The notes under the pieces: model-generated
Seen by the model: the letters and a program-made list of their open reading frames with translations, nothing else
What the model was told of the DNA's origin: nothing
The model's database searches: none
Position numbers and translations under genes: made by a program
In this document: one piece after another, positions 23,120-35,249 of the stretch
Position numbering within the stretch: the stretch's first letter is position 1
Layout of the letters: every line of letters starts with the position of its first letter
Source of the DNA: Perkinsus chesapeaki ATCC PRA-425
Taxonomy: Eukaryota; Protista; Perkinsozoa
DNA length: 46,510 nucleotides
Direction: 5' to 3'
Assembly: GCA_013115145.1 (NCBI GenBank)
Contig: JAAPAO010000253.1
Span: 1 to 46,510 of the forward strand

Positions 23120-23993
23120 TATATTCATTACCAACTGAACAAGCATTCCTGCGGGAATAGAAGAAGTGCAAGGTTGTTGTTGGGGCGGAAAGAGCATCTT
23201 CTGCCTTTTAGTTAGGCTCTGACCGAGGACTTTTCGTGGACAACTGTGATAAGTTAAACGTCTTGATGGTTGTGGTTTTGCTTCTTCTGCTCATCACCGG
23301 CGCTGCTGCCTATTTTGAAGTCATCTACGGCGAAATGGATGCAAATGACAATATAAAGGAGGCTCTGACGAATGATGGTAATAAGGGACCTCGGAGGGGA
23401 ACCACAGAATGTATATAATGTTATTGTTGAATCCAAATTGCACAACTCTGCTGTCCCTTTACTTCAGTCGTGAACCTAGCAGAGGGATTCTCGATACTCA
23501 GTTGTACAGTATATGTTGGATAGTTTATATTACTAATAGTAATAGTTCTAAATATCATCCGTCAGCGAATGATAATATAATTTTTTTTGGATGACAGAGT
23601 ATTTCACTACTTATTGTAGACATCACCCATTACCGAATGACAACGAACGGTCGTGTTCTCGTCCGTCACATCATCCCTCTGGCCGAGAATCCTTCTGATC
23701 AGGTATGTTTATGATTACCTCGTTACCGCCATCATTCTCCTATGCCCACTCGGTCCTGTCAGAGCTATTACCGGCATGTCCGGGCGGTCGAAATGAAGTC
23801 TTGTTCGATGGAACCACTCGAACCACTTTCGCGCAAAGTAGGATATCGACTCTGACATTTTTTCAAGATCGCAAAGCGCCGCATTACCCGGGCCCGAGAG
23901 CGAGTTGGGATGGAGGCATCATTTGGCCCCCAGGGAATGTGTTAGTAGCGCAGAGATATCATAGAGCTATTCTCCCTCGAAAACGGCTCACGA

Positions 23994-24442
23994 TTAGACC
24001 GTTCGCATCATCACAGGTGCTGGTTCACTTGAGGCCAGCACGGATGCTTTATAGTCTACAGCACGGAGGGCAGCTTTGAACTCTTCGTTGTCGAATGGGG
24101 AATATTTTCTTTCAAGTGCGTAAGAAAGACGTACACTTTTATAGCATTGAAAACCCGACATGAGAGTCGTTTCAAAAGGAACCTTTGCGAACAGGACGTT
24201 TTGAGCGTCAAAGTTGCTCGGCGTTTTGGTAGGGTTTCTTTCAGAAGCGATCGAAACAAGCCCAGTTTTTCTCGCGAAGTCAGGATGTCCGTCAGCAGTC
24301 GCCGAAGCCGCACGGGTCGTCCGGGAAACCTTGGATGGTGTTGGTCAAGATGTGTCCCGCGTGTTGGATGGGGTGAGAAATGCCGGATGCTTTCCGACCC
24401 TGCCAGCTCCTTTATTTGTATATCTCTCCTATATTCCTCCAT
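23994..24442 (-). CDS. Possible spliced hypothetical protein
   Basis: MEEYRRDIQIKELA...LRRLLTDILTSREKLGLFRSLLKETLP...SQR|KYSPFDNEEFKAALRAVDYK...* with a phase-compatible GT-AG intron. Confidence 0.3.
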
Positions 24443-26449
24443 AGAAGCCTCGTAAAAATGCACTAATGATCGTAGCGTTTTTTTTTTGTAAATTGTGCTT
24501 CCTCCCCGACCGGGAGGCTCACGGGAGGCGGAATTTCACGCGCCCTTATATTGACACTTGTGATCGAGCAGTGGCGCATGATGCTGGTATGTCGGCGCTC
24601 GCTGGAATAGTTATAGAAGTATCACATTTGAAGGAAATGGTCGGCGGTTCATCTTGGTCAAGATTGATCTATCCCTTGAGCTTGGAAGTATCTTACGAGG
24701 AGATATAATCACCACTTTGCGATTTTGGGTGTTTTGAACAGCTCGCTCGATTGTGATTTCCGAATACGGCTAACCTCGCCAAGCGGGGCAATGGGAACCT
24801 GGAGAGCTCCGATACTTTTCGTGGTGAGATTATAATGTGAAAAGTTATCACTTTATCATCCGTCATGAACGATATCGTATCGAAGCATCGACATCACTGA
24901 CGCGTTAGTGAATGCTCTTCGGTAAGGTATTGCGAGTTGATTATCCAGTCGATGAGGCGAGGACGATGAAGGAGATGATAGAGTTGGGAAATGGAAGTCA
25001 TTTGGACCATATGCATTTGTATCGAGAAGGCAAGGGATTAGATAGCCGCCACGAAGAGGTAGGGGGGGGTTTGGCAAGGAAATGATGATGCACACTTAAT
25101 CACAGAATAGTAATACCACCTCTTCCCATTTCCCCCTCGACACGTCTAATAATCATTTTGTAAATTTTACCATTTTATTACTAAATACTGTAGTTTTGTT
25201 TGTATATACTTGGTGCAACTCTTCGATGAAGAATGTAATGGTATTATTATTGTTATAATAAAAGATTATAAAGGTAGCTCCTAACTAATACGGGATATGT
25301 CCCTAAAGGTCAGGAAACATTACAAACGACAATTCTTCAATATATGTGGATCGTAAGTGGCGGAAACGAGGCGGATGGCCCTTGTTAAATCTTGAGAGTC
25401 GATTAAAGCCAATCTTGCCGAATCGATCTGCATGACTCTCGTGGCAAAGCAGTTCTCATTTGCGAGGAGAAGCTGGGAAATCTCGAACGCTGAATCAAGT
25501 TTTTGTTTCAAAAATCTCGATAAATCCGTGCTGTGTGCTGTCCTTGAGTTTCTGTGAATACTTTCGGAGAAGGTAAAGGTCATCACGTTTTTAGACGAAG
25601 TCGTCCTCCCTCGCCCTCCATATCGACCAAGGTATCTTCCTCCTACTAGTTCTGCCCCCGGGAGACACAAGCTTTAATTACATCCAAGGGGGACAGCCGA
25701 CACAAGAGGTGGAGGGCTCCTCGATTGCCGTTAGTGATGGGGTGGTTAGGTTCGTTTGGATGTACCAGATGATGGAGAAGTTAGGATTGTCGTGTTGATG
25801 GGGAACACTCTCAGCGAGTTCACGAGTGAGTTCATGGTTTTCATAATCTTACGATGTCTTACGACAAGCTTGAGCCAGCAGCAAGTTGGCTGCATTAGCG
25901 GCGGACCTCTCCTTTAGTGCGCACGAACCTCTACTCAAAGCAGGGAACTAGCAATACCGAGCACACCTCTAAATCTTCCGCTCTATGAGAGCAACTTCTG
26001 AAAATGATCCCTCGACAGGAGGATCATCTCCTTTGTCTGTGTCTGTGGTCAGGTACGTCCCCTGCTATACGTCCCATACCGCACTCTGTACACATCGCGG
26101 CTCAGAGTGGTCCAAGGCTTGTGATCGGTCGGATGTTCCTGTTGCCATCGAGTGCGATGAGCTCTGCTTTGTCGATGACATTTGGCGAATGGAATAATAG
26201 AGCAATTACGGTGATGGAAGAGGATGATGCTGAGGTGGTGGCAGCGAAGAGGAGAATGCGTAAGAATAGGAACCGGGTTTTGGGTTTCGGGTTTTCGGTA
26301 CAGTAAGGCACTTTTGTTGATAAATTCCGGATCCTCAATCAGATAATTTTTACCGAATTTGGCTATTTTAGTTGACATATTTCAGCCTGAAGACAAGAAG
26401 GATCGAAGGTCTCTTCTCATTTTGATCAAAAGAGGGATTTTTTCAAGTT

Positions 26450-27295
26450 TTGTTTTTCCGACTGAAAGGGATATCTTCTCACGGAATGACAGAACTGTGT
26501 GCATGTTACTCATCAAGTCCGCTTTTGACTCGGGTTCTCGTGGTCCATTCAATTACCTACCTATTTCTGTCAGAGTCGGCCTGCGGTGATGGCGAGATCT
26601 ACTGTTGGATGCAGTGCATGCCAGCTCAGTGTAGCACAGGCCTAACACCTGTGTGTTACGATCCATCTACGTCTGGGCCATGCCCGACCGAGGGGATGCA
26701 ACCCCAGTGTAAAGTAGAGTGCAATGCCGCCGCCAATCACATCTCTCCTACGGTCGATCCCGGCGCGTTTTGTTCGGGTTCAACTGCAATGTTCATGTCT
26801 GGGTTCACCTGGTCCGGCAATCCCAGGAGCCCCTGTGTCATCCTGTTCACTCCTACGTGGATCTTGGATTCTCCTGGCAAATTCGGGGCCGGTTGCATCG
26901 GCGTCGTTATCTTGGGAATGCTCGTAGAGGGTATTCTGGCTGCTAGGAGAAGATTTCTGGAGAGAATCTCTAGGCCAATTTGGCGCGCGCTTGCGGGAGC
27001 CCTCGCCTTTGGCATAAATGTATCCATCGCCTATCTGGCGATGCTAGTTGTCATGACGTACAGTTGCGAGCTGTTCATTTGCCTCTGTGCTGGTCTGGCG
27101 GTTGGCCACTTTCTGTTCGGTAATGTGCGGCAGTCTGTCGCTGAAACGGCTGATCCTTGCTGTGGTGACACGACAGAATCTCGGCAGTCGAGTCACCAGG
27201 GGACAGCAGTCCAGAGGAAGCGATCTCAGAGAGGGGATGATCTAGATTCTTTGAGCGAAACGCCGGTCGTTGGCACACCAAGTGGTCGAGGGTAG
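26450..27295 (+). CDS. Ctr/COPT (SLC31) copper transporter with Cys-rich ectodomain; true 5' end uncertain (possible acceptor near 26574)
   Basis: AMFMSGF near TM1, three TM helices, MxxxM (MLVVM) in TM2, GxxxG (GLAVG) in TM3 and a C-terminal DPCC. Confidence 0.9.
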   Translation: MFFRLKGISSHGMTELCACYSSSPLLTRVLVVHSITYLFLSESACGDGEIYCWMQCMPAQCSTGLTPVCYDPSTSGPCPTEGMQPQCKVECNAAANHISPTVDPGAFCSGSTAMFMSGFTWSGNPRSPCVILFTPTWILDSPGKFGAGCIGVVILGMLVEGILAARRRFLERISRPIWRALAGALAFGINVSIAYLAMLVVMTYSCELFICLCAGLAVGHFLFGNVRQSVAETADPCCGDTTESRQSSHQGTAVQRKRSQRGDDLDSLSETPVVGTPSGRG

Positions 27296-28200
27296 TCCAG
27301 TCGGATTTGTAGAAGTCGTTCAAGTTCACGTTCAACCTCTGCGGCCTTTCACGCACAGTTGATGCCGTCGGGGTTTGTTCAGCCATAAGGTCAGCCAGTT
27401 TGCTGGAATCATAAGCGTCGGAGATCCCTTTTCATGTATGTCACTTCGTCTGGTATTCCGACCAGTTCTGTTATGTTGCGTTAGTTAGTGGAACTGAATT
27501 TCGTTGGGGAGGGTGGGGTCCCCTCCTCTCCAAGTCTTACTCACATGCTCCTTAGCTTTACACATACACGTACATATTAACTCCGTGTCGATACTCTTAC
27601 TATTCGTCCATAGCCTTGCCGAGTAAATTTAGACGCACAGTGTTAAGCATGTAGATGATTGTACCGCCGAAGTATAATATTAGGGTTCCTTCGTCCGAGT
27701 TGCACCCATAATTCCACAACTTGATTATCCCAAATATCTTCGGGAAATTAAACTTCCTATTTCGAGGAGCTTTGCCCAGTTTTTGGGCACACCTACTACT
27801 CTGTTTAGATCCCCTCCTCCCACATATGTGCTACAGGTTAGTTCTGCGGTAGCGAGTATCTTATCTTCTCAGTTATATTTCCTACTCGAGTATAACTCCT
27901 ACCATCCCTTCTGCTTTTCGACTTGTGTTCGCTTCAATCCCCCCTGGTGCTCTAACCCTTGCAGAGCTGGTGTCGACCGTATCGTTATATAGATTCTATA
28001 TTATAGTGAAAGGAGGTATTCTATATTGTAGAATGCCTCCCTTTACTCTGGGACTCGCGGACATCCACCGGAATTCTCGGACCATTTCTCGTCGACTAGA
28101 TCCATGTCTTTCAACACACCACCTACGGGAACCGATTCAGACCGATTTTCTCATCAGTTCTCATTCAGCATTTCTTTCATTAGTTTGTTTTTCCTCCGGC

Positions 28201-29519
28201 ATGGGTCGGCTGGTGAGCGCCCTTGAGAATTACGGCCTGACTCCCCAAGATGCAGCCGGTGTGGCTGGCACCTTCCTTGTTGTTAAATACGCTACCTTGG
28301 CGGCATTCGTGCCGATGTGTCACTACCTCCAGCCGATCAGGCGCTTCTTCTGGCACCCTTCACGGGAGCTGGCTGGTCGAATGCTCGATCAGTACAGGTT
28401 GAAAAACCGAATGCGCGGCCCTGGGATGACCCAGCGCTACTCTGGGGTGCTCAATGGGGCAGAAGGAGGAGCAGCATCGGGATTGGTACCGCAATCGGCA
28501 CGTTTGAAGTTAGCAGCGACTCGAGCGCGTCAACGGGCATGGTTGGACCGGCAGAGGGAGTTGGTGGCGTTGAGGAAGGCTGGTTGGCAGGGAAGATTTA
28601 GAGGCTTTAAAGAGAAACAGGCCGAGTCGACTTGGGGGAGGAAAATGTTCGAGTGAGCCGCTGGGGAGGGGAATTACGCAATTGCTGCTTATTATACCGG
28701 AAAACGCAGTTATAGAGGAAAAATTTTTTGCAAAGAAGGAATTATCCATTTGTTTTTCCAAAGGTTCTTGGAGCCTACGTATGACTTCAGAAATCTTTCG
28801 TTGGAGTTTTTTCACCCACAACTCGACATGGAAATTATATAGAGCAGGTTCGGAAAATAAGTGCTCGATGAGTTAATTACGGTGTTGAGTAAATCTCACT
28901 CGGTAGAAGCCCGGACTTTATCGAATAAAACTTTCTGTGAACTTCCGAGCAGTTCTCTCTCGCTTGCGGCCGCTGGCGGCCAGGCGACTCCCCAATGCAG
29001 AGTGAGCAGTATGGGAGTTTATGAGGTCGAATACACAAGGTAGATGTAGGAGGTTGACCAAGCCATAGTGGTTAGATGTTGAGGCTAGAGCCTCAAGTGT
29101 TAGCCATTATCGAGCTTCAGTAAAGGCAGACATTATTTGTTTATATTTTTTTGAGAGAAATTATGCATATGTACTTGATATCCGATCGTTGACTTCCGAT
29201 CAGATGGAGCGACAAGTTCGCCGATCGAGCGGCGAAAGCGTGGCTATGGCGAAGTGTAGCTGATGTGTTCCACATCCCCCCGAAGGTCTTTGCCTGGGAC
29301 GTCGCAGAAGCCTTCGTCACGTACAAGCTCACGTTTATATTTCACGCACCATTGGAGCTCTATATAATTGTGAAGTGGTTCAAGGCGAGGCGAGCAAACA
29401 TCGATGAGTTTATGGAAGAGTCGCCGAAGCTGCTCGAGATGGTCGAGCCGGAAGAGCCTTTGGGGAGCGCGACGACGCCGTCACGGTGGCGATTCTGGGC
29501 TAGGAATGCGGGAGGATAG
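28201..29519 (+). CDS. Two-exon membrane protein, FAM210/DUF1279-like (tentative)
   Basis: Exon 1 28201-28652 (MGRLVSALENYGL...FLVVKYATL...RKMF) and exon 2 29204-29519 (E|WSDKF...AEAFVTYKLTFIFHAPLELYIIVKWF) join in phase across GT-AG intron 28653-29203. Confidence 0.55.
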
Positions 29520-29779
29520 TTACTGTTGCATTATAGGTGTTGATATTGTACTTGTGTACCGTGGGATTTCTGAGACGCTTGGAAGCTTTGTGTTAGTTAG
29601 ATTTGGGGAAAGAGTGGTAGAGCGGGCTGAATGAGCGCCTTCGGATTTTCGGAATTTGGAATAGCTCAATAACATATCATCGGTAACATAATTTTACATG
29701 CTTTCTAAGCACTCCCCTACTTCTGGATTCAACCTACCTACCAGATGTGTTGAACTGGGAATCCAGTTGCTCAGCTGGT

Positions 29780-30430
29780 CAGGGGGAATCCATCCGTCGG
29801 ATTCCAACCGTCGGATGGAAAAGATGTGGTATCTTTGCACGCGTGCACTTCGATGGTAAAGCTCATCACATGCGTGCAGGACTCTTTCCTACAAGCCTCC
29901 AAAGGCCGGCGAGTATATTCATTCGGCTTTGTCGCCACCGCGCAAGGGATTCTGTTCCGTAACAATCGGCTTGAATGGTGACCGTATTCTATAAACTATC
30001 CCCGGCGGATGACTCCTCGCCGCCATACTACTTCCTCCACAGTCTTCGCTTTCCTATGCGTTACCTCAAACATGCCTGTGGCGCCATCGCGGCTGCAGCA
30101 CTGGCGGTGTTGATCGCTTTCTTTTCGTAAGCCAACCGTTTGCTGCGCACTTGTACTTTCCTTTGGTCAGGTTAGTAGCCGAGCTTACATGGAAGCCATG
30201 GTTTCGCTATCCACCTTTGTGTGATGTTCGTAGCGGTGGCGGGGACATCATCGATCGACCAGAATGCTTCTTTTCGGAAGAGTAAGGCGTAGAAGGGTGA
30301 TCTAACAACAATCAATTTGTAAAGACTATCGAATAGCAATGATGCTTTTTTCCAGCACGAGTTGAGGGAAATTTGGTAGCTCTCAAAGACGAATAGAAAA
30401 GCCTCGTCGCTGTCGGACGCCGGTTTTTCA
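29780..30430 (-). CDS. Possible spliced hypothetical protein, divergent from the DUF2817 gene
   Basis: Phase-consistent GT-AG joins give IDDVPATATNITQR|KVQVRSKRLAYEKKAINTA...CLR|IPCAVATKPNEY...; no domain recognised. Confidence 0.25.
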
Positions 30431-30600
30431 GCAGAAAAGAAGTTTGGAAATGAAAGAGAATTACGGGTGAACTCGGTGAAAATGAAAAATAAAAGTCCTG
30501 GAAAGATGAATGGGAACACCTCCCTGTCCCCCATGACATTTTTAATAACGTTATATTGATATATTAGGTTGAATGTATGTCCCGATTTAACAATTAAATC

Positions 30601-33350
30601 GATGTTCAGTACCACCGTTTGCGTACCAGCATTTTGTTGCCTACACTGCGATTTAACAAAATCCTGCGGTAAGCTCATCTTTCCTAGTTACTATCAAGCC
30701 CGCTCGAAGTTCCGTCGTCTGGCTCTCGCGGCCGGATTCGAAGTCAAATCATTTGAAGTGGTACCGCCTAGTCAACATGGAGACGTGTATATGATGGACG
30801 TGGCCGTCCGCAAGCCAGCGGGTGCAACTATCTCCGGCCGTGTTGTCCACACCTCTGGCATTCACGGAGTTGAAGGCTTCGCTGGTTCGGGAATTCAATG
30901 CAGTATCTTGAGTCATATTGCCAGTAAAAAACTGGATACGAACAAAACGCTGGTGAGCTGGATTGAGTCAGCTTGGCCAGGTTCGTCGGAGCGGAGGAGA
31001 TTTTGTAGACACTGTGTGGGAAATTGATTGTGGGAATCATCCCAGTCAAATTGGAGAAAATTTTTCAGATCTTCGTTCATGCGGCGAACCCATTTGGCAT
31101 GGTCCACTTAAGAAGGTTCAATGAAGAGAACGTGGACCTGAATAGGAACGCTTTAACACCGCAAGAGTTCAACTATCTCATCAACGAGCGCGATCCCAAT
31201 ATTGCCGGGTAAATGCGATGAAACGGTTGATCGATTTGCTTCGTCAAGACTTTCGTGCAGGGTGTCCCCAAAAAATGTGCTCTCGAATAACTTCCTCAGG
31301 AGGGCGAATATTTCGACGATACGTGCGACGTTCGGAAGCCCTCGAGAAAGACTTCCTAACTGTATACAGCCCATGATGATATTCGATCGGGTTGGCGAGA
31401 AATTTAAATTGGAAAGTTCCCAAAAAATCGGTTTCAATGGACGAGGTCAGATTTTGCCTTGTATTAGCCTAGCTTGATTGAGAGTATCCTTGCATACGAT
31501 AATCTCTACGGCTCCTTCAACCATTCCTTCAAGTCTACCTGTTCAGATACAATGATTTGGATCCAGTTTTGAATCCAGAGGATACTTCGATTACGTCGCT
31601 ACTCTACAACAGCGTTCTCATTATTCTAAAGTGAGCTATATGGAAGCGGTCGAGCTCTCAAACTGCGGGCATTATCATAATACTTGTTCTGGCTTATCTT
31701 TTGAGAGCTGATGTCTCTACTCGTTTTATTAGGATTGATCACTGTACCCAACACAACAAGATTTCTACTTTCTTTTATTTACCAAATCACCAATTAAATT
31801 GCCTGGATAGCACTTAAGTTGTAATTTTGTGAGTTTCCCCATTGGCCCTGTTTAGATACGGCATGTCGCATATCAAGCGTGCAGTTGTGAGTGCGCAATA
31901 TCTGAAGCCAGCGGGTATCTTTTACGGTGGTCAGAACCTCCAGCGGACTTATGAAATTATGAATGAGGCAATAGTCGCTGGGGCATCGTAGAAGACTGTG
32001 TAGGCTGTGTAGGTCCTGACCGACTTGGGTGTCTTTGAGGGGGGCAATGCGACCATGATCGACATTCACACAGGGCTTGGGCCCAGCGGGGTCGATACGC
32101 TTTTAACAGCCGATTCCGAAGATGTAAGATGCGCTTTTTGAGAGGTAATTTTTTCTGGTTTAGTTTGATTATTTTGCTGCACTGCAAAGCTCCCTTGGAC
32201 ATCTAGAAGAGTCACCAGTGGAGTGCGTTGGTATCGGTTGCACGGGCGGCGGGCCGAAGAACCCTAATGAGCCTGAGTTTGCTGCGGACGTGGCGAAGGG
32301 ATATGATCTTACTCAAGGAGATGCTGGTACATTCTGGAAGAAGAAAAGGTGGGAAATAGTTATGAAGTAAATCGGTTACCGTGAGTGTTGATTGTCGATC
32401 AACCAATCGACACTGGAAAGCGGAAACCTCGGAGCGAGGAAGGCTAAAGCTCTTCGGCAAACTCACGCATCATCTCTATCTTCTTAGCATTAGCAAAACC
32501 CTGAAAATGTCGCCGAGCTTCGTTATATGTTTGATTGGAGTTTCCGATAAATTGTGCCAGTATTATCTCCCACGGGCATGTTTTGGTGGGGCTGGGGTGA
32601 GAAGAATTCTTACAAAAAACTAATAACACTATCCGATAGAGGAAAATACGGGGATAATAATACATATCATACAGCATAGAGCTCAGGGCCCTAAACTCTA
32701 TGTATGATTTGTATTTAATACAATAATCAACTCCGTAATTTGGTTCACTATTATGTCATTATTATGATCATTAATGATTAACCTTTAACATACATTAATG
32801 TATATCATAATAAATTTGTATTATGATGTTCCAATTCCACGGACTTTCGGACATTTATATTGAGATTGTTGGTGCAGAGGAGGGGCCATCAGCTCAGATG
32901 TATTCGCTGCCAAGGAACATGTCCCCTAGCCAAATTTTCGTTGTATCTCCCATCTCCAAAAAAATCAACTCTCGACTTCCTGAGGTATTCATCATTTCTT
33001 CTCAGCAATAGGCATGCTAAAGTAAGACACGTCTCGCAGGAGTTCGGCACCCTCAACATCATGCTCGCTTTACCAGTCATGATTATTGAAAATGCAGCGT
33101 AAGCTCGGCTCTCATTTGGGGTAAGCAACAGCCCCTGATTAGGTTTCAAAAGGCCACCGAGGATCACTCGAGATGGGCTAAGTACAATAGTGATTACTTT
33201 TACGTCCGTACGCCTGAGTGGACGCGAAGCCTCGCAGAAAGGTGAGCAGTGGCATCACCCACTGGGTACCCCTGGCCTTGAAAATGGGGAGTCTAAAGGA
33301 GTCTTCCGGTCGTACGGGGACGTCTACATATATTTAAATTATGACATAAT
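30601..33350 (+). CDS. DUF2817 / M14-like zinc carboxypeptidase-family protein, multi-exon
   Basis: Exons encode SYYQARSKF, HTSGIHGVEGFAGSGIQ, VHAANPFGMVHLRRFNEENVDLNRN, AQYLKPAGIFYGG, IDIHTGLGPSG, VSQEFGT, IENAA and FYVRTPEW...RG, in the family order. Start and stop are approximate. Confidence 0.85.
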
Positions 33351-35249
33351 AATTGTGTGACACGATTTCTGTCACATGATGTACAGAAGTACATAGCATA
33401 TACAGCCCGACGCCATAAAATAGAATAATTCATTTTTTTATTTCTCCCTCAATGTTAAGGGTTGAAACTTTTAACATGAGTTTTATAAAGAGAATCGAAA
33501 ACATGACACTACATCGATTAACCGCTTTATGACTGACAGTTGATATTACACACGATGCGGATCTCATGTCACATACCGGGATGGGTACATCTGAATAATA
33601 TTAATAAATTGAAGTAAACCAGCTGAAGGTTGGTTATGAATTAAAGGAGATAATAGTATAAGTGATGACAATAATAGTATTGCAAATCTCATGTCACTTA
33701 CCGTGAGTGATGCTTCCTTGACATACAAAAAGGTTCAGTTCAGAATTCCGTTTCACGAAGAGGTTGAGTTTTTACGCATTTGCGTATCGAACGGGCACAC
33801 CCTGTACATACCGTGTATGTCATCGCGTCGTTCACAAAGGATTTAATGGCGCCATTATTGGGTCAATACCGACTTTTTCTCAGAGGTTCGCGCTTGTTCT
33901 GGAGCGTCGTAGATGATGGTGCAACTTGAATTTCTCGCGTTGAGCGGAAGCTGTGAACTAATCTCAATCTGTAAGGGTTCGGAGACGCGTTATATCTTAC
34001 CCATACCATCCTAGTCTATATAGAGAGTTGTTTCATTAGCAAGTAACATTTGTGTTCGTCAATTCATCAATGCCGATATTGCATTAAGTCGCCGTGTGCT
34101 GACAGCGGCCCTGGGGCAAAGTGCAATTCCAGCAAGTGTTGCAAATAAGATAACGCCGGCAGAGAGCTCTGCCAGGATTAGCCTCGTGGAGTTTCTCCAC
34201 CTTTCCCTAACAAAGTTTGGAAAGTGAACGCGCGAGTTTGATAATTATACTGACATTGTTACACGCAATAATATCAGCGGGCTACACAAGTCACTTGTTC
34301 ACAAGTGTGATGCGTACACAGAGTACGCCTTCAAGTTTGCCAGAGCTACATCCAAGCCTGATACCTTGCGGAAATGCTAGATCCAAGTTTGACAATACCA
34401 AAACTGCTATGTCCAATATCGTCGACACACAATTAATTTTGACAGCCCAACTTCTTTCTTGACAGGAAAGAAAGGCAGTTCAGCACTGATGTTATCAAGT
34501 AAGCGAAAAATGGTAAGAACCGCTCACTACGTCATAGCATGGGTTATGATGGCGAACGCTGATGCAACGGGGTGGGCTCAGTTACGGACACTCTATGGCA
34601 TACAGATCAAGAAATCTGATCAAGACGCCCTACAAGGCTGAATCGTAATGTGAATTATGTTATTCGGGTAACAATTTGTCCATTTCGTTACTAACAAACA
34701 CAACATCTATGGCATTGCCAAGAATTGAAGTTTAGACGGCTTCTTGGACTCGAAAAAGGCAAGGTAATGCCACAATGGCATATTGTACAAGTTAAGGACC
34801 CTGACATATCTTGAGGAAATATCTTGCTTCTTTAACAATGAAGTGAGCTATCATTGTAGGAGTCAAATGTTATGATGCTTGCACACGTCTCAGCCATATG
34901 ATCAGTGACAGGCTTCTGACTGAGACGAAGTGCATGTGGTTTGCTTAGATCAATAACATATCCGCCCGTCAACTGCTGGGTAGTTGCATCGTTATCGAGA
35001 CTCTCCCGCAGCTCCTCTTTCAGAGGGATGTGGAGGGCGTTGGAATACCATGCACTATGATTCTCCAGAACTTCCTTTGCTGGTGCTTTCCATAGACCTA
35101 ACCCCGCACTCTCGAGAACATAGAGCTCTCGCGTATCCGGGTCACGTGGGAATACTGTACCTTCTCCGGGTGGCGCTTGTCGAGGGAAGCCGCAGATTCC
35201 CAGTGTTAGTTTCTCCCACTCGGGTTTGACCTTCGCAGAAAGGTTACTA

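Noticed and set aside
21648-23420. Short plus-strand exon-like pieces and a TM-encoding segment (23236-23418)
   Set aside because: Could not be joined into a phase-consistent gene; probably real exons but not supportable by eye.
29066-29110. tagtggttag plus hairpin ttgaggc-taga-gcctcaa, superficially a tRNA D-loop and anticodon arm
   Set aside because: No 7-nt anticodon loop, T-arm or acceptor stem; treated as an isolated intronic hairpin.
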